Shown: positions 10,832-25,400 of the stretch, one piece after another
How the letters are laid out: every line of letters starts with the position of its first letter
Position numbering within the stretch: the first letter of the stretch is position 1
Origin: Marsupella aquatica
Lineage: Eukaryota; Plantae; Marchantiophyta
Length of the DNA stretch: 64,000 nt
Assembly (NCBI GenBank): GCA_973895155.1
Contig: OZ316891.1
Location: 15,469,037-15,533,036 of the forward strand
Direction: 5' to 3'
Position numbers and translations under genes: made by a program
Notes under the pieces: model-generated
Told to the model about the DNA's origin: nothing
Database searches by the model: none
The model's input: only the letters and a program-made list of their open reading frames with translations

Positions 10832-11549
10832 CCAGATTGAAAGTTGTATCCTGGCTGGAAAGTGACTCTGAATCAATAGTCACTGGCAGCCTAGATACAA
10901 TCAGGTTTTTCGTTGCTTGCTTGATAAGGAAGGAAATGCCCTCGGAGAATATTATTTTGGAGAGGTTGTTTTTGCAGCCATCGAAAGAGTCTTGTGCTTG
11001 GGCAAGTTGAGATGCACCGTCGCTCGTATTACCAATGAGGCATAGAGAGAGCCAGAGGCTCTGATGCTTGTTACGAAACTGTTAGTAACTTGATTATTAT
11101 GATAAATTCCCCAGTCACCTTTCTGGGAAAGATGATTATGTACATCAGGTTCAGGGAAAGATCAAATCTGGACCTTATTGGACTATTTCTCCATTAAGAT
11201 TAATCGCATGATATTCTGCTAGAAACACATTCTGCTACCCAAATACAGTGGAGGCCCTCAACACCTTGACCAGGCCCTTTCACAATTTTGTTAAGTAAAA
11301 AAAAGATCAACAAACATGTACAGGCTCAACACATTGGTCTCCCATATGTTTCCCCGCAAACACAAACCAACATATGGTAGCCCTGTATGTCACAAAGCTA
11401 CCCAGATGACCTTAATCCGACCTTAATCCTATACAGTTGACTCTCTTTAAGTGCACTCTCTTGGGAAGATGGATACAGCGTGCACTAAACCAGGCCACCT
11501 CATATTTAAAGTTGGTTCTTGGCAAATATTTGCCCACAAAACAATGGTT

Positions 11550-12110
11550 GTTGCCCGCCCATCCAACCTTAAGCAAATGCACGAAAGACGCCCTGCCCTG
11601 CCCTGAGTACTTTTGGCCCTGCCCACCTCTCGCCCTGTCCTTGCTTTTTGCCCTGCCATATGTGTATTCCTTTCTGCCCTGCCCTGCCCAGCAACTCCTT
11701 TCGCCCTGCCCAACACTCCATTCATGCTGCCCACCCCATTCTTTTCCCTGCAATAATCACACATCAAAAATCTGATAATGTATGGTGCGATCACACATAA
11801 AAAATCTGATAATGTATGCTGCGTAATCATAGGTTTAAAGAACATAATGAGGTTTATTATCTACAGAGTGATTTAAAGAAAAGAATGAGAAATATATGGT
11901 GCGTATTCATTGGTTTAAAGAACATAATGAGGTTTATTATTGTACAAGTGATTTAAAGAAAATAATGACATTTATCATGTATAAAATGATTTTAAAAAAA
12001 TAATGAGGTTTATCGTTGCATTGGGAGTGATGACCACTGTATATGTCATATTATTTTGAACCCCCATTCTTTCCGTGCTGCCTGCCCTCCAAATCCTTTC
12101 CTCCGTGCCC
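11550..12110. repeat. Low-complexity repeat region: GCCCT(GCC) motifs plus AT-rich duplicated blocks; probable TE relic
   Basis: Many gccctgcc units at 11590-11710; aaaaatctgataatgtatg twice; ggtttaaagaacataatgaggtttattat twice. Confidence 0.6.
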
Positions 12111-12610
12111 GACCTCCAGTGTCATGATTGACTCGCCACCCAATCCTAAACTTTGGTCCCACGATAGCCTTCGCTCATTACTGTACTCCGTAGAAGAGAG
12201 GCTGTAAGCAGACGACCAACAGAGCTACTGTAGCGATTCTAGCGAACGAGCGATCAATCAATGCAAGTGAGAGCCTTGCAAGCTTGTGGTTACACATCCG
12301 TCAGGGAAGAGGTACGAGGTGCGTCCCCTTCGGTCGACGGAACGCCATTCGCAATGGTTCGAAATTTTCTCGGTCCCGCTTTCCTTCGGGTAAAGATTGA
12401 TGGCTTCTGCAGCACTATTACATAGAGGGCGATAATTCCTGGAGTCTACTTTCATGCAATCTCCCTGATCATCATCTTCTTTTGTGTCTCGGACTGGTGT
12501 GATGGCGTAGGCAGGATGTTTCTGAGATATTGTAGGCAGGAAGCGAAGCAGAAAACCCATATTATCCACTTCATTCAGCGGAGGAGGCCAGCGTTGAAGG
12601 AGGCGACGAG

Positions 12611-13073
12611 ATGGACAGCTTTACGGAGAGTGAGGTTGCAGGGTTTGGTGTGGGAGCCCTTCTGCTGGCAGCTTCATTGGCTGCTCCAAAGGTCGACTTC
12701 TTTTTCGCAAAATACCAACGCAGGTACCACGGCTCATATTGGCACTTCGTTTTCTTTCACTATGTATTAATTAAAAATAAACTCAGTATGTGGGTAAAAC
12801 TCACGATCATATTTCAAATTCACTCTTTTTCTTCCGCTCTGAATTAATAGCAAGCAAGTCACGTTATCCAAATTAAATGATTTGTTTGTTTGCAGATCAA
12901 TGAATATATGCGAGGAGTGTGGTGGAGTGACTAAACTCCCGTGCAAAAAATGCCGAGGGCGAGGACAGGAGAAGGTTCTCATCCTTTTGCCCTGGTTGAG
13001 CAAAGCCGCTGGATCATGTGATGCCTGCCGTGGGAGAGGGCAGCTGCCATGCCCCTCCTGTTCTAGGGGTTGA
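12611..13073 (+). CDS. Small DnaJ-like cysteine-rich zinc-finger protein with N-terminal hydrophobic segment (AT1G22630-like)
   Basis: Exons 12611-12723 and 12896-13073 (GT-AG) give MDSFTESEVAGFGVGALLLAASLAAPKVD...CEECGG...CKKCRGRG...CDACRGRG...CPSC. An in-frame upstream extension (exon 12354-12389 joined to acceptor 12536) is possible. Confidence 0.85.
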
Positions 13074-13487
13074 AGAAAACTGTTCAGGGGGTCGGTGGTT
13101 CGTGCAATTCTGAATTGTGTGTTGCGGAAGTGCCTCACCCGGCAGTCTGACAAGACGGGATGCAGTGATCAAGATTAGGGGTGCAGTGATCAAGATTAGT
13201 CACTCCCCTGCTAGAAAACTTTTTCCTTGGCTTGGTGAGTGGACGGGCTTGTATTGTTACGTTTAGCTTACCTTTACGTTGCTCTTCAATCCTAGAAAAC
13301 TCTAGATTTTGCAGAGAAAGCATAAACTTGAGGTTTCTCACTACAAAGTTGCACTAGATCCGCTCTTCTTAGTGGGTTGCATTCTGACGTGGCACGTCAC
13401 CTCTTGGCTCTTGATTTGAAGCTCGCTGACCCTGTACTATAGGCAAGGAAGTTGTGCACAACAGTAACAGTAGCGCAGGACTTACAT

Positions 13488-16400
13488 CTAGTCACTCAGT
13501 GATAACAGCATAGCTACCCCTCGCCTCACCCAGTGGTCAGGTTCTACATCCGTTGGCAAGTCCACATTGAAGACAAAATTTGATGAGTGCCCCGTCGTAG
13601 CCAAAACTCCTCTTCGAGCAGTGGTCCGATAGAGAGGGCAGGAGTAGTAACGTATATCCTTGTCCTTATCCGTTGATGCTTGGGTGGGCATTAACCACAG
13701 GATAGGAGCCGGGGAGTAGAGTACTTTGGGCAGAGACTCGGCCAACTTCATTGTTTTGTAATCCCACCGAGCGCCCTCTAAAAACATTCCCTCCACGTAT
13801 ACTCCATCTACGGGTCTAGTGCTGTAGTCTGCTTCCTTGGGCATGCATCGGAATTCAAAGCAGACTGTGCCAATAGGAACCTTATATTTTCTGGCAAAGT
13901 TTTGCAGAACTCCTGCAGCACAACAATTTGAACAAGTTTGTACTGTTAGTATGTTTCATGAACTGATCTGCAAGGCATCCTTTACCTTCTTTGAGTAAAG
14001 AGTGCGTCCTCTCGAAACGAGTCTCAATTGGAGTAATTACATGAAAAGCATCTGCTCGGCGTCACTGGCAGAGTTTGAAATTTGGAGTAAGCATGCACAA
14101 TTAATTAGGCCGGTACACTGAACAACATCGGAGACTAAAGTGTCCTGGTAACAAGGTTGACGCGGTCTGTCAGACTACAACGATAAGAACTGGAAAACCC
14201 ATCTACAAAAAATGTATCGAATTTTCGGGTGATAATACAGAGACGACTCCTAGTGGAAAGAGGTTTAGATTCCATAGTTCAATTTGAGATGATGTTCGTC
14301 TATGTGGGCTGTCTCGTAAACATCAATCGATACCTGTGAGGAATGCGTGGGTGAAAAAAAATCCACTAAGCCAGTAGCAAGGTGGGGGACCCTTGTCCAT
14401 CCAAGTTTGAAGCATCTCTAGTCTTTGAAGCAAGTCTTCATGGTAGCTGCTCAGAGGCTTCATAGTTGGGTAAGAAACTGTGTCCCACATTGCTGGCATT
14501 CGTCCAATGTAAATGCTGTGTATCAGCTTCTCGACGTCGGAAGACATAGCCACTTGTCCTAGCAATGTCTTCTTGCACGTAATCAGGCTAGATCTTATAA
14601 CCTGTAGATGTCATCATATGACTGTCAGTCTGGAGGTAATGAATGTTACCTTTTACATTTACAATGTACGGCATATAAATTATCCACGCTCGCATTGCCT
14701 TTTTAAGATCATTGGTGTCAAGTTCGGCTTGAATGTCAAATTTTCTAGGACAGAGCAGACATGCTGTTTGTAAAGTCTTCTGATGTTTGCTGCTCGTTGC
14801 ATAAGGATTAATTTTTATCTGTTAGACGGAACAGCTTAGAAATTCTGCTACAGGGAATCTATTCTGCTACAGGGAATTTATTGTTAATTCTCTGCAATAT
14901 CGGCAGCCTGGCAAAATTAGCGGTGCACATTTCAGCTTGAAAAGTTCGAAAGGGGAAGACCCAGATGTTAGGATGTGATGGTTACCGATGTAAGTTTGTT
15001 GTACCGAACCATTTCTTGAACAAGGACGGAGTTCATGCTCTCCATATACACCACCGGGTATTTGTATCGGGCCAGTTCAACATCAAAATCTTCAGGTAAA
15101 GTATTCGACATGTTCTCAATTATTTCAAGGAGAACTTCGTCTCTGCTTCGCTCACCCTCACTTTTGGCAGATATCTGTGTGAGAGCGACTGAAGTGCAGA
15201 AAAGATCATACTCATTCTGATCTTTAGTGATGTCCGCATTTTCATGCAATCCAAGCACCTCCGGCGTTGCTATCAAAGGGAATGCCTTGATATGCTCAAG
15301 ATAGTCATTGTATTGTCCGTCTGCAGGAGCATAATAAATGCCAGAAGAAGAAAGCCAGTAGTCATCTTGTAATATACGCGGTGTGTAGATTATAGACAAT
15401 ATACTGTTGAGTGTTCTCCGATCATGTGCATCCGTAACTCGGCCTCCATAGTTGCATTCTCCAGTCAGGTAGAGGAGTGCCTGAGGAAATAGATTTCATT
15501 GTTTCGAGTAAAGACATGGATCTGGGTCGTGGAATTCTTTTCATGTACGCCAAATTATAATTGAATCGCATGTAGTCACCGTCTAGTTCTCTGTCTATGT
15601 TATTCATTGCAGCAATCGAGTTGGATTTTGAGGGTCTGTGTGGAATCTGTACTTCCGACTTACGCAAACATGCAGACTTGGTAGAATCTGGATTAAATCG
15701 AGCTGGCGGATAGCTTACCTTGAAGGGCACATTTTCGGGATATCCTGTGAGGAAGGCGTGGAGTTGTCGCATACTGATTTTAAGGTCTGGGTCGCTAAAT
15801 TGATAAGGAATGTTCCATCCCAATGGTCCAAACTTAACTCGTTCCTGAACAGCTGCATGGAAGAAGCACAGCCCAAAAAGCAGCTTTCGCCAACTTGCTC
15901 CCAGAGGTCCCTCCATGTCGAAAAATTTCGGGTCGCTCAATGGATAAGTCATGTAGCTCTGCTCAAGAAATGTCCCGTGTGAGAAAATTTAACTTTTATT
16001 GGCAACATAGAAGAGAACATCTTGAAGGTATCAAGTGCTTTGCCTGAATATCTGGGAAAGGTCCGGCCTGAGGCTGAACCTCCGGATAGACAGGATAGTA
16101 TCCATATCCGCATCTAAGTCAATCTGAATTGGTTTAGTGCGTGGGCGTGCTTCATGAGTCTGTTGAGCACTTTGTGCAGCATGAATTGCTTTACATTTTA
16201 ATAGATCTTTATTCTCTAAAGAACAGAAGAGTCTTTCAATGGACTAAGAGATGTCTAACATGCGTCCTTGTCAGGTGGAAATTTCCTTTTCCTTATGGTA
16301 GTTGGGGTCCAGTACGCCTTAAATTTTGACCATTGATAGCACTGGTACATAGGTTAATGGTAGTGTGATTCTCCTCTTCAGGAATACACACTTTTCTGGT

Positions 16401-19400
16401 GTCGTGCCCACATTGCTGGAAAACTAAGAATCTTTCAAATTATGAATGTTCTTTAATGCCAAGGCTGTAAACGCAATCCTAGGATTCTCATTTATTAGGA
16501 AGATGCACACCGTTGTTTCTTGACGTTGAATGGCTACATATATGTGACAAACGGTTTGGATTACCTGCAACATATTGGCTCTAAGGCCTTTGGGCGCTTC
16601 ATTGGTCATCTTCACACCATTCTGCAAAAGTGATACTGGAAATTGATCTGAAGGATAGCTTGTCAGCCACAAGCGGAAGCCCACATTTGTGTTTTCTTTT
16701 GTGAAGTCTTCACATATTTTCTCAAGATGTGGCATCCAAGAAGATGATAGGTGACAGTTCTGCAGGACAACCCAGTCTCCCTTGCGCAATGCAGCATCTA
16801 TGATCTCAGCAGCTTTGGGACCCTGTCCTTGCCCCAATGACACAGTATTTACCTGCACAGGATGAACATTTTTTCAAATTCTTAGAATTTCCGTTCGAAA
16901 GTTTCCACGACTTAGGATGGACTTGCTCTGTTATTGTCACGACACCATGCGTACAAGCATTTTTATCATCTGATGCCGAATTCTGACGAGATGTACCCTA
17001 GCAAGCTCTTCCAATCGCGCCACGGGTGTTATGAAAATTTAAGATCATTGCACCAAACTTCATGAGCACTTTCACCTTTGGTTGTTGGCACGAATACAAT
17101 TTATGAAGATCTTTAAGTTGGTAATGGCAACTTTATCATAACGTTATGATAATTGAACAAAGTGTTTCCATAGACTCTCGTCTAAAAATGTGGCTGAGAA
17201 TTCACTCTCTTCCACCCGTGCATCTCCGACAAGAACAAAAGTTCCGGACCTGTTGGCTCCTGGCATGACGACATTGCTAAATTTTTTACCGAATATATGA
17301 GTTTTAAAGGTCAGCACATGTCCGTTGTCGTTACCGTTTTATTGAACTCCTCGGAGAATTTTAGCAACGCGGCCATCGGATCCGAGCCTGGAGAAAGAAG
17401 GAAGATGAGTGGTGACAATGGATTCGAGTCATGATAAGCTCTAGCCAAGTCAAAGCCCGGAGGCTCCACGAAGCGCCTTCCCATTGATTCTAATAAGAAA
17501 CTGTTAACACTCATCACAATTTTGTCGGGCCGAATCAGCCTTATGATTATGAGCCTCTGAAAGTCATTGAGTTTACTATCCCAGCTTCCAGGAAGTTCCT
17601 CTTCGTAAGGTTGCTTGCTGTCATAAAGGTGCTTCCATGCCTGTGGGTTGCGAGCGAAGTCTGTAGCGAGACCCTGCTTAGTTTTCACATCACTTGAAGC
17701 TGTCAGTTCTCATTAGGATCAACACAACAAACTCTGACGGGATGATCACATGCGTATTCCCAACTGCTCGAAAGACTTACCTGCCACTGCTGTCTAGGAA
17801 ACAATAAAAGACAAAATTTCTCAGTACAATTACACACACAGGTTACCATAAATGCAGGCATATTTGAAGCCTGAACGATCTCAGCCCAGAGTTTTGGTGC
17901 AAGCCAATCTGCTGGATTCTGGGATTCACGTTTGTCAACAGACATTGGACCAGCTGCAAGAAATCTCAGCTCCTCAGTGTCCAGCTGATTTCTTTGTTGC
18001 AGGAGTGTGGTGCAGATGAGAAACGAAAGTAGCATTTTATCTTTCTCAAACAGACTGCGGCATACGTTTGAGTAGAGCAGGAAGGTGAAGTAATCGTTCA
18101 GGCTGCCAATTCGTATTTCCAAGTTGGTAGACCTTTCAGATCCAGTCATTACAAGGACAAACAGCTGCATGTACCTGCAGTGTGAATATCCCACGTTATC
18201 GGGCACTTTATCTATTGTCAAGATTTTCATGTAAGGCATTACTCTAAAGCTCTCGAATTGGGAGTAAGACGTGTGACTTTCGTAGGATATTGGAGTTTGA
18301 CAAGGAACTTCAATCTCAGAGAAGAGCAATACTATTAGAAATAATTGCCAAAAACGAACGGATCATGCTTTCTAACTGGCTTCAAAAATTAAGTCGGCAA
18401 CATAGTAGGGAGTACGGATTACCATGTAAGTGAATACTGATACATAGGATCGATGTTGGCTAAGCTACTGATGGTGAAAAATAATGCTCCGACATGCTTG
18501 GCAACAGGAATGTAGCCCTTCCGAGCCTCATCGATTTTGGCTTCTGTCTTAACTGCTGTTTTCTGCTTTTCTGCTATCTCTGATGATAGGACTTTGGATG
18601 ATGAGATGACATCAATGGCTGTTTCACTCTCCAAAATATTTTCGCTGCTTGTCAAAATCTGCACGGCAGACAGAAGTTGATGATGTAGTGAATGATCTGT
18701 CAGAGAATACATCAGTGTTCTGGTTCTCTGGAAGCAATCTGAGAAACGAAGATAGAATTCAAGGCCTCAAGGAATGTAGATATATTCTTCTCAGTTGACA
18801 GAATCTTCGTCTAGAGGTACTTCCATTCAGAGAGTGACGTGCACCTCAATAATTTTGTCCTCAATATTCTTTAGCTGCTTCTGATTCTCTGCGCCTTGAA
18901 CCACAAGTTGAGTTTTTTGCTCTTCCAAATCTGGACGCTCATTCCTCACGGCCTCTCCTAAAATCTGGTCTTCCAAACCCTCTGGTGTAATTGCAAAGTT
19001 TAGTAACGTGACCTTCACTGCAATCTGCCACAATCATAAGCAGGTGAATCATATGAGCGCTTGCAATTTTAAAGTTCCGTTTCATTTCATTGAACCGTTG
19101 AGATAAAATTGCTCAAAAGGCAGCTTGTTCCTTTAGAATGAATGTATTTATGGTCTACGGATCTCAAGTAGCGGAGGAATACTCTTAAAATGACCTCTTA
19201 TGACGTTATTTTGGAATGTTTCTCAACCCTGAGTTTGATTAGTGAAGCAAACCTTAAGCTGTTCCCAATACTATACAGTTTGATTTACAATTATCGTTTG
19301 ACATGGTACAATTTTTGAAGAGCCTCGATAGACGCTTCTGAGAGGTTAATTTTATTATTCGACAGCTATTTTTTGAAAGATCTAGACGTGGTTCACTACA

Positions 19401-22400
19401 AACTTTGGAGTGACTTGTAGAGCTGACGAAATGCCACAATGAAGCAAATGACGAATACAGTGATTGTCGGGTTCTGGGGATCGTACAACCTTTACAATCC
19501 TGCATTCTACGCGTTCGCCCCACTTTCGTTCGTTAGTGTTACTCGTACCTACATGACACTTGCCTCATGCCAAAGAAAATCTTTGGCCTTGGGCTTTCCC
19601 TTATTTAAGAAATAGTTTTCAAACAAAGAACAGGAGTTCGCATGTACTCTAACGGTCAAAAGGTTATTCGAGTAGATATTTATGTTCATCTTGCATGACT
19701 AAGACCTTATTGAGCCGTCTTTTATGTCATGGATATAGATATATACCTCAGGAGCATAGTGAGGATTCCGCAATTTAGTGGTAATATAGAATCTAAACTT
19801 TTCGTTGTACATGATGCTGTTATCGCCCAGCCGAATTTGAAGATGCCCACCGCTTTTGAAGACAGCTCTGATCAGTAGTGGTTCTAGAGTTGAGTCCAGC
19901 TCTTCCCCGATATTCTCAATGAGAAGGGGATAACCATAGGTAATACACATCTCAAGCTTTCTGCTAAAATCCGCATCGCTAAGTTTCATAACCTGCAGGT
20001 GGTTGTCTCTCTCTTTGTTCTGCAAGACAGAAATAATTATGTTGTTATATTTGTAAAACTTGAAATGAGAGATCAGTTCGGGGGTGGTGGCGCAGTTGGT
20101 TAGCGCGTAGGTCTCATAGCTAATGAGTGATCCTGAGGTCGAGAGTTCGAGCCTCTCTCACCCCAGCTTTTGGCTGATTTTGCAAAATTGCAAAGCCCGG
20201 CAGTTCCAGAAACAGAGGAGTGCTTCGAGTATGATAACAACTGTCAAGAGGGCGTTCTGGCTTATAATCGCCAAAGGCACCAGCCCGAGAGTGATTTTAA
20301 GTCAGAATACCAACTCTGATTAGATCTAAGAACCGAAACCACTTAGACGTTTTCAAACATTTACTCAGTTTAACTTTTAATTTCTGTCTCACCAGGGTCT
20401 TCATAACAGTCTCATCAGGGTCTTCATAACAATACATCTGCCACCCTGTATGTTACGAAATTCTCATGATACATGAATCTATAATTCTGCCATTCTGTCA
20501 TAATGAGTCCAGCAAATAAATCAATGCAAACAGACAACGTCCGAAGTCGTTGAAGAAAACAATTTAGTCCCTCATGAGCTACCACAACTCCTTTCTCTAC
20601 TCTGAGTCAGAATTGCAATGCCCCATTGAAATCGAGAAGAACTGCGCTCGACAGCTCTCGGAGTCTCGAAAGTAGCAGCTCCCGATTTCACGAGTGCTTT
20701 ATATCCTAGACATACTAGATATAAGTCATGGCATCTACTGCAGTATGTAATTGAAGTAACAATGGGTCTAGTTGGCACATTGTTATCCTGATAAATAATG
20801 GCATCCATATAAAGTATATATATAGTACACACTTTATAACGAGTCCCAATGTTTCAATTTTGCGAGAAGAAGGCTACCTTAATGAACTTGTTTGCCTGGC
20901 CTTGTGGGTCAATCAGCAATGGCCAGCGCCTAGCAACATTCATGATGATGGCATTGTCTATGGAAAAGCTATCATTGGGAAGTCCAGCAATTGTCCAATC
21001 TCGTATAGATACAGGATTTCCAAGGATCGTTGCCAACTTGAATGAGGTAGAGCAGGGAATTTTCTTCTCTTTACAAGCTATTGACCAACTTGACAGTATC
21101 CTCTCTCGATATCCCAGAGTCACAGCTCCAAGGTAAGCAATGTAGCCAGAAGCCACGAGAGTATCGCCGGTCAAGTTCACATACGTAGCACTTAACTCTT
21201 CGATCACATCCGCCCAGCGTACTTTCTCACCTGCTAGCCCTCCAATAAGTTTTTCTGCCCGAGAAAGTTTCTGCACCATTGACACGCAATTGAGCGTAAG
21301 GCGGCTGATCTTTTTCAAAACGAAGCCGCAACTGGACAGCTAGCAACCGTCTGCAGAAATTTGAAGGTCTTTTCGAGGACAAAACCACCTTGTGAAAACG
21401 GCCGGGCCATGCCAATGATATATTCATGGAGCACCTTGAGAGTGTGACAGGGGTAGTACGTATCCTTACCTGCTGGCAATACAGAACTTCAGCCTCCAAA
21501 CGAGCTTTCTTGTCCTCCACAGTCTGGAGGTTATTTTCAAGTTTTTCTAGTTTCAGCTCAACAGCCTTGAGGGATTCTTTCTTCTTTTCGAGGGCAACTT
21601 CAAGTACCCTAAACTCTGCGCTTGCTATGGCTAGCTTCGCTTGCTTAGGAGCAACGATCTGAATATATAAATGACAAATATGGATTTCATTAGAATATGA
21701 CAACTGAACGGAGAAGCTGTAATTTATATGCAATCCTCGGGTTCTTATAGAAACGACAGCGATACAAGTAGGTGCCCTAAGGACTCCACTATGTGACCTT
21801 CTTATTTGTCGTTACGAGGACAACAGGCTCCTTCTGTTAGTGCGGGATAGACTGTCCCACAGAGAAATGTAAAGTATTGATCGAGTGGTCTTCGCACCTT
21901 GATCACTTGATCGTACTGATCCATGGCCCTTACCCAGCAGCAAAGCCCGTATGCTGCCTTCGATGCCTTTTTTACGACTAGTGGATCAAACTCTGGGAGC
22001 TGAAGGTATGGTTGTATTGCTTTGATGACGTCTGTTGGAATGTTGTCTTTGTCAAATGTCTTCAAATTTGTTAACAACTGGGTGTCTGCCAACATATTTT
22101 GAGCTGGTCCCCAAAAGTCGTTAATCTTTTGCCCTGGTTTATTCGGATCTGGAATCCTTTTCGGTTTAATCTGCAGTTTAATTTGTCAAATTTAGGCTCA
22201 TGGGAACACAGTGGTGTTTCGACTTTGTAAAATACAGGTTAGTATAACCTTGCAATGCAGTCAGTCCTGAAAAGACGACTCAACCGCTTGAAAGGAACTA
22301 AGAAGTTCAAAGAAGGAGAAGAGGTTGAAAACTACTTCAATATGTCATAGCATCTATGAAGGTTGTGGAAGATTGATATGTTCCGAGGTTAGGCTAGTTA

Positions 22401-25400
22401 AGGGAAATTTTGAGAAAAGCAAATTTCGAGCTCAATGAAATTGGCATATGACATCTCACAAGTGGGCTTACTACTTGAAGGCAACTAACTACGTGAAGGG
22501 TGCAAGAGGGGGAAATATTCTTGGCTCCCTGCTCACAACCCTGAATGTGGCCCAAGATTCAGCAACTCATAGTGAGATCTGCATTTTTCTCAGCATCGTT
22601 TGAGTGGAGTGGTAATTGCAATTTCTTATGTTGCCTCAGGAGCAATCATGACTATTATTTCCGGATGGCAGAACTTTCTTTCACAAGGCATATCTACGGA
22701 ATCTGATTTTTAAATACAGAAAATGTACTTTGAAAATGACACTGGAGATTTGGTCTCCACTTAACACCAGTTCCAACACAGATTTCTATCTCGGAGATAT
22801 GTTGTACGCAGCTACCTGTTTCATCATGCACACTGATTCCATCACCACCTTCACTGGCTTTGGAGGGTTTTTCATAGCTTTCACCTCAGTAATGTCTGCC
22901 TTTGTAAGGGTGTCCAGAGCAGTAAGAGCTGCATTCAATGTGGGCATGGCCTGCACAAGAACTCGGAATAAACGATAATTTTAAAGAACCAGGTACAGAT
23001 GATAAGAAAACATATGAAGAGGATATTGATAGGATCATAGGACAATGTCGGGGATAAGGATATTTTCTGTGGAAGGCTCATGGGATGCTGAGGAAGGTTT
23101 GCAAGACTCAATTCTGACAAAATGATATGCGATACATCTTCAATTTCCCATCTGCCGAGGCTTGAATGTGTGATTTCATGTATACAACGGATTATAAAAG
23201 GGTTTCCTTCTCTCTTTGTTTTACAAATACTCACCACGGCTAGATCAGCTTCACATTCTGTCTTGATTTGGTTTGCCTCATCTGCCTTCACCTTTGCAAT
23301 GGCTTCTTCAGCTTCAACTACTGAACGTGTTTTCTGAGCAGCTTCTCTATCAAGTTCTACTTTTTTCAGAAGTTCAAAGGTGTCTTTGGAGGCCTTAAGA
23401 AGTGACGGTTGCAGAGCTTCTAGCTCATGTTGCATGACTTTGACTTGTCCTTCTGCATCCATGAGCTGCTTCATGCCCATCTGATATCATTTTGAAAATA
23501 TGGTCCAAATGTTTGACTTAGTTCATTTTCAAATTTGAGTCAGAGGACAACATCTGACATATGTCAGCAGCCACATAAGTAAGAACTGGATTATTTGTAT
23601 GTACTACGATGTGTCATTAGTAAGCCAGTTTTGCTTTCACTCTCAAAATGGATCACGACTACAACTAGGCAAAGGATAGAAAGCAACTGGCGTAACTCCG
23701 TTACGACTATTGGAGCACTAATGGAATTGTATTGTGTTATCCAGGATCAACTGCCAGGATAACAGACAGGTGTTTTTCAGGCACCTTGTATCGGTTCCTG
23801 CTCGTATTAATCTCCATTCTGTTCTTAGTCAAAAGATCTCTGTAGGTTGAGAGAAGCTGTAGATAGGAGGTAGGCGTAACATAAAAATAACGATGTTGTT
23901 CTTCCAGATATTTTAGAGATAATTCTGCTGATTGCTGGTGGAACATCATGCACATGTCTCTGATTTGAGGTTGAAGACTTACTTCAATATCAATCTGAGT
24001 AATTACATACAACAGTGAGAGCGATTCTGCAGTGTTAATCTTTCTTGTCGCAACCGCGGAAACACAACAAAAGCTTATTTGTTAAAGATACGTTTATACT
24101 GAAGCAGGATCTTGTATCATGTCTATTCTATTACTTGTGTGCAAAACATTTCTTCACCCTCAGTTTATCTCTGCCAGTTTCTGAAGCGAATTCTGGCAAA
24201 CGAGCCGCAGGCCTGGTTGTTAATTTCGAAAGATTCTCTAATTGCCCGCAAGCATTCACATCTCGTGATTCAGTATTACAGAACCATAATAACAAACTGA
24301 AGAACTGAATTTTTTCTTGTGTGGTACCTCTTCCACAAATCTAGAGGCCACTGATCGAAGTGCCTCCTCTGGCCATGTACTAAACCAATCAATCGTACAA
24401 CAATTCACCAGAGAGGGAAACATTCGTAATCTCGTCCTAAACGCATTTCCAAATGGGCTCATGCAAATAACCATGTGAAGATTTATCCTGCACTGATCCA
24501 CAAAATAGTCGTAGAGTTCTGTCATGGAGCCATCTCGGCCAGCCCTTTTTGCGCGAGGTTTAATCATTTCCAAAATAGTCATGATATCTTCTTTCGGAAA
24601 CAAGTTTGGCACCTGTACGGAAGAAAATAGTGTCTCAATAGAAACAAGATCTCTACGGTTTTACAATATAAGCAATGAAAAATGTCTAGATGATGATCTG
24701 TATGTGGGTTCAGCCATAAAAGCTCAAATTCATTTCTTCACATTTACCGAATGACTGAAAGGTCTTATATTCCACAAATCCCAATGAATTCATGAGACAT
24801 AATCTACGTAGACACACAAAGCAAGAAAGCCTTAGAAGGAAGCGGCTTTCCTCTCCTGTGTTCAGAATGTTGTTAATGTCTTCCAGGAATTGTTCCATCT
24901 TTAGTTGTGTATCGTTAAATAGAAACACAGTTGACACGTTTTGAGCTCCAGCTTTCCTCAGCACCTTCTGCTCGAAGAAGATACGAGCATGGCAGGCAGT
25001 CAATCTACTGCCCGGTCAGGAGCTCTCAACCATGTTTGAACATTTTCAGATTTCCGTTCCATCCAAACACTTGACTGCCGAAACTAAGATTTAAATGACG
25101 TCAACATCAAGTTTAACGACCGTGAATATCCATAGTTTGTGGGTGTTCAATGTTGACTTGAGTTACTCAGAATTAAGGTGCGGTTTCCAGCCGGGTTGAA
25201 GTTCAAAGTTACACCAGCTGACTGGTTGGACCTAGTATTATGGATAGTACCAGTGCCTTGTGCAGCTGCTAGAGTCCAGTTTTAGCAGCGTCCTACTGAA
25301 CTAGCACACTGTCCCGATAAGCCATCAACTTCACCCATCTTGCATAGCATTTTTCAATACTACTGCACTAAATTATCCCGACGACATTCCACTCTAGTCA

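Noticed and set aside
11244-12041. Tc1/mariner-type element TA|CAGTGG...CCACTG|TA
   Set aside because: The inverted match is only 6 bp plus TA, and the GCCCT repeats continue beyond the proposed right end.
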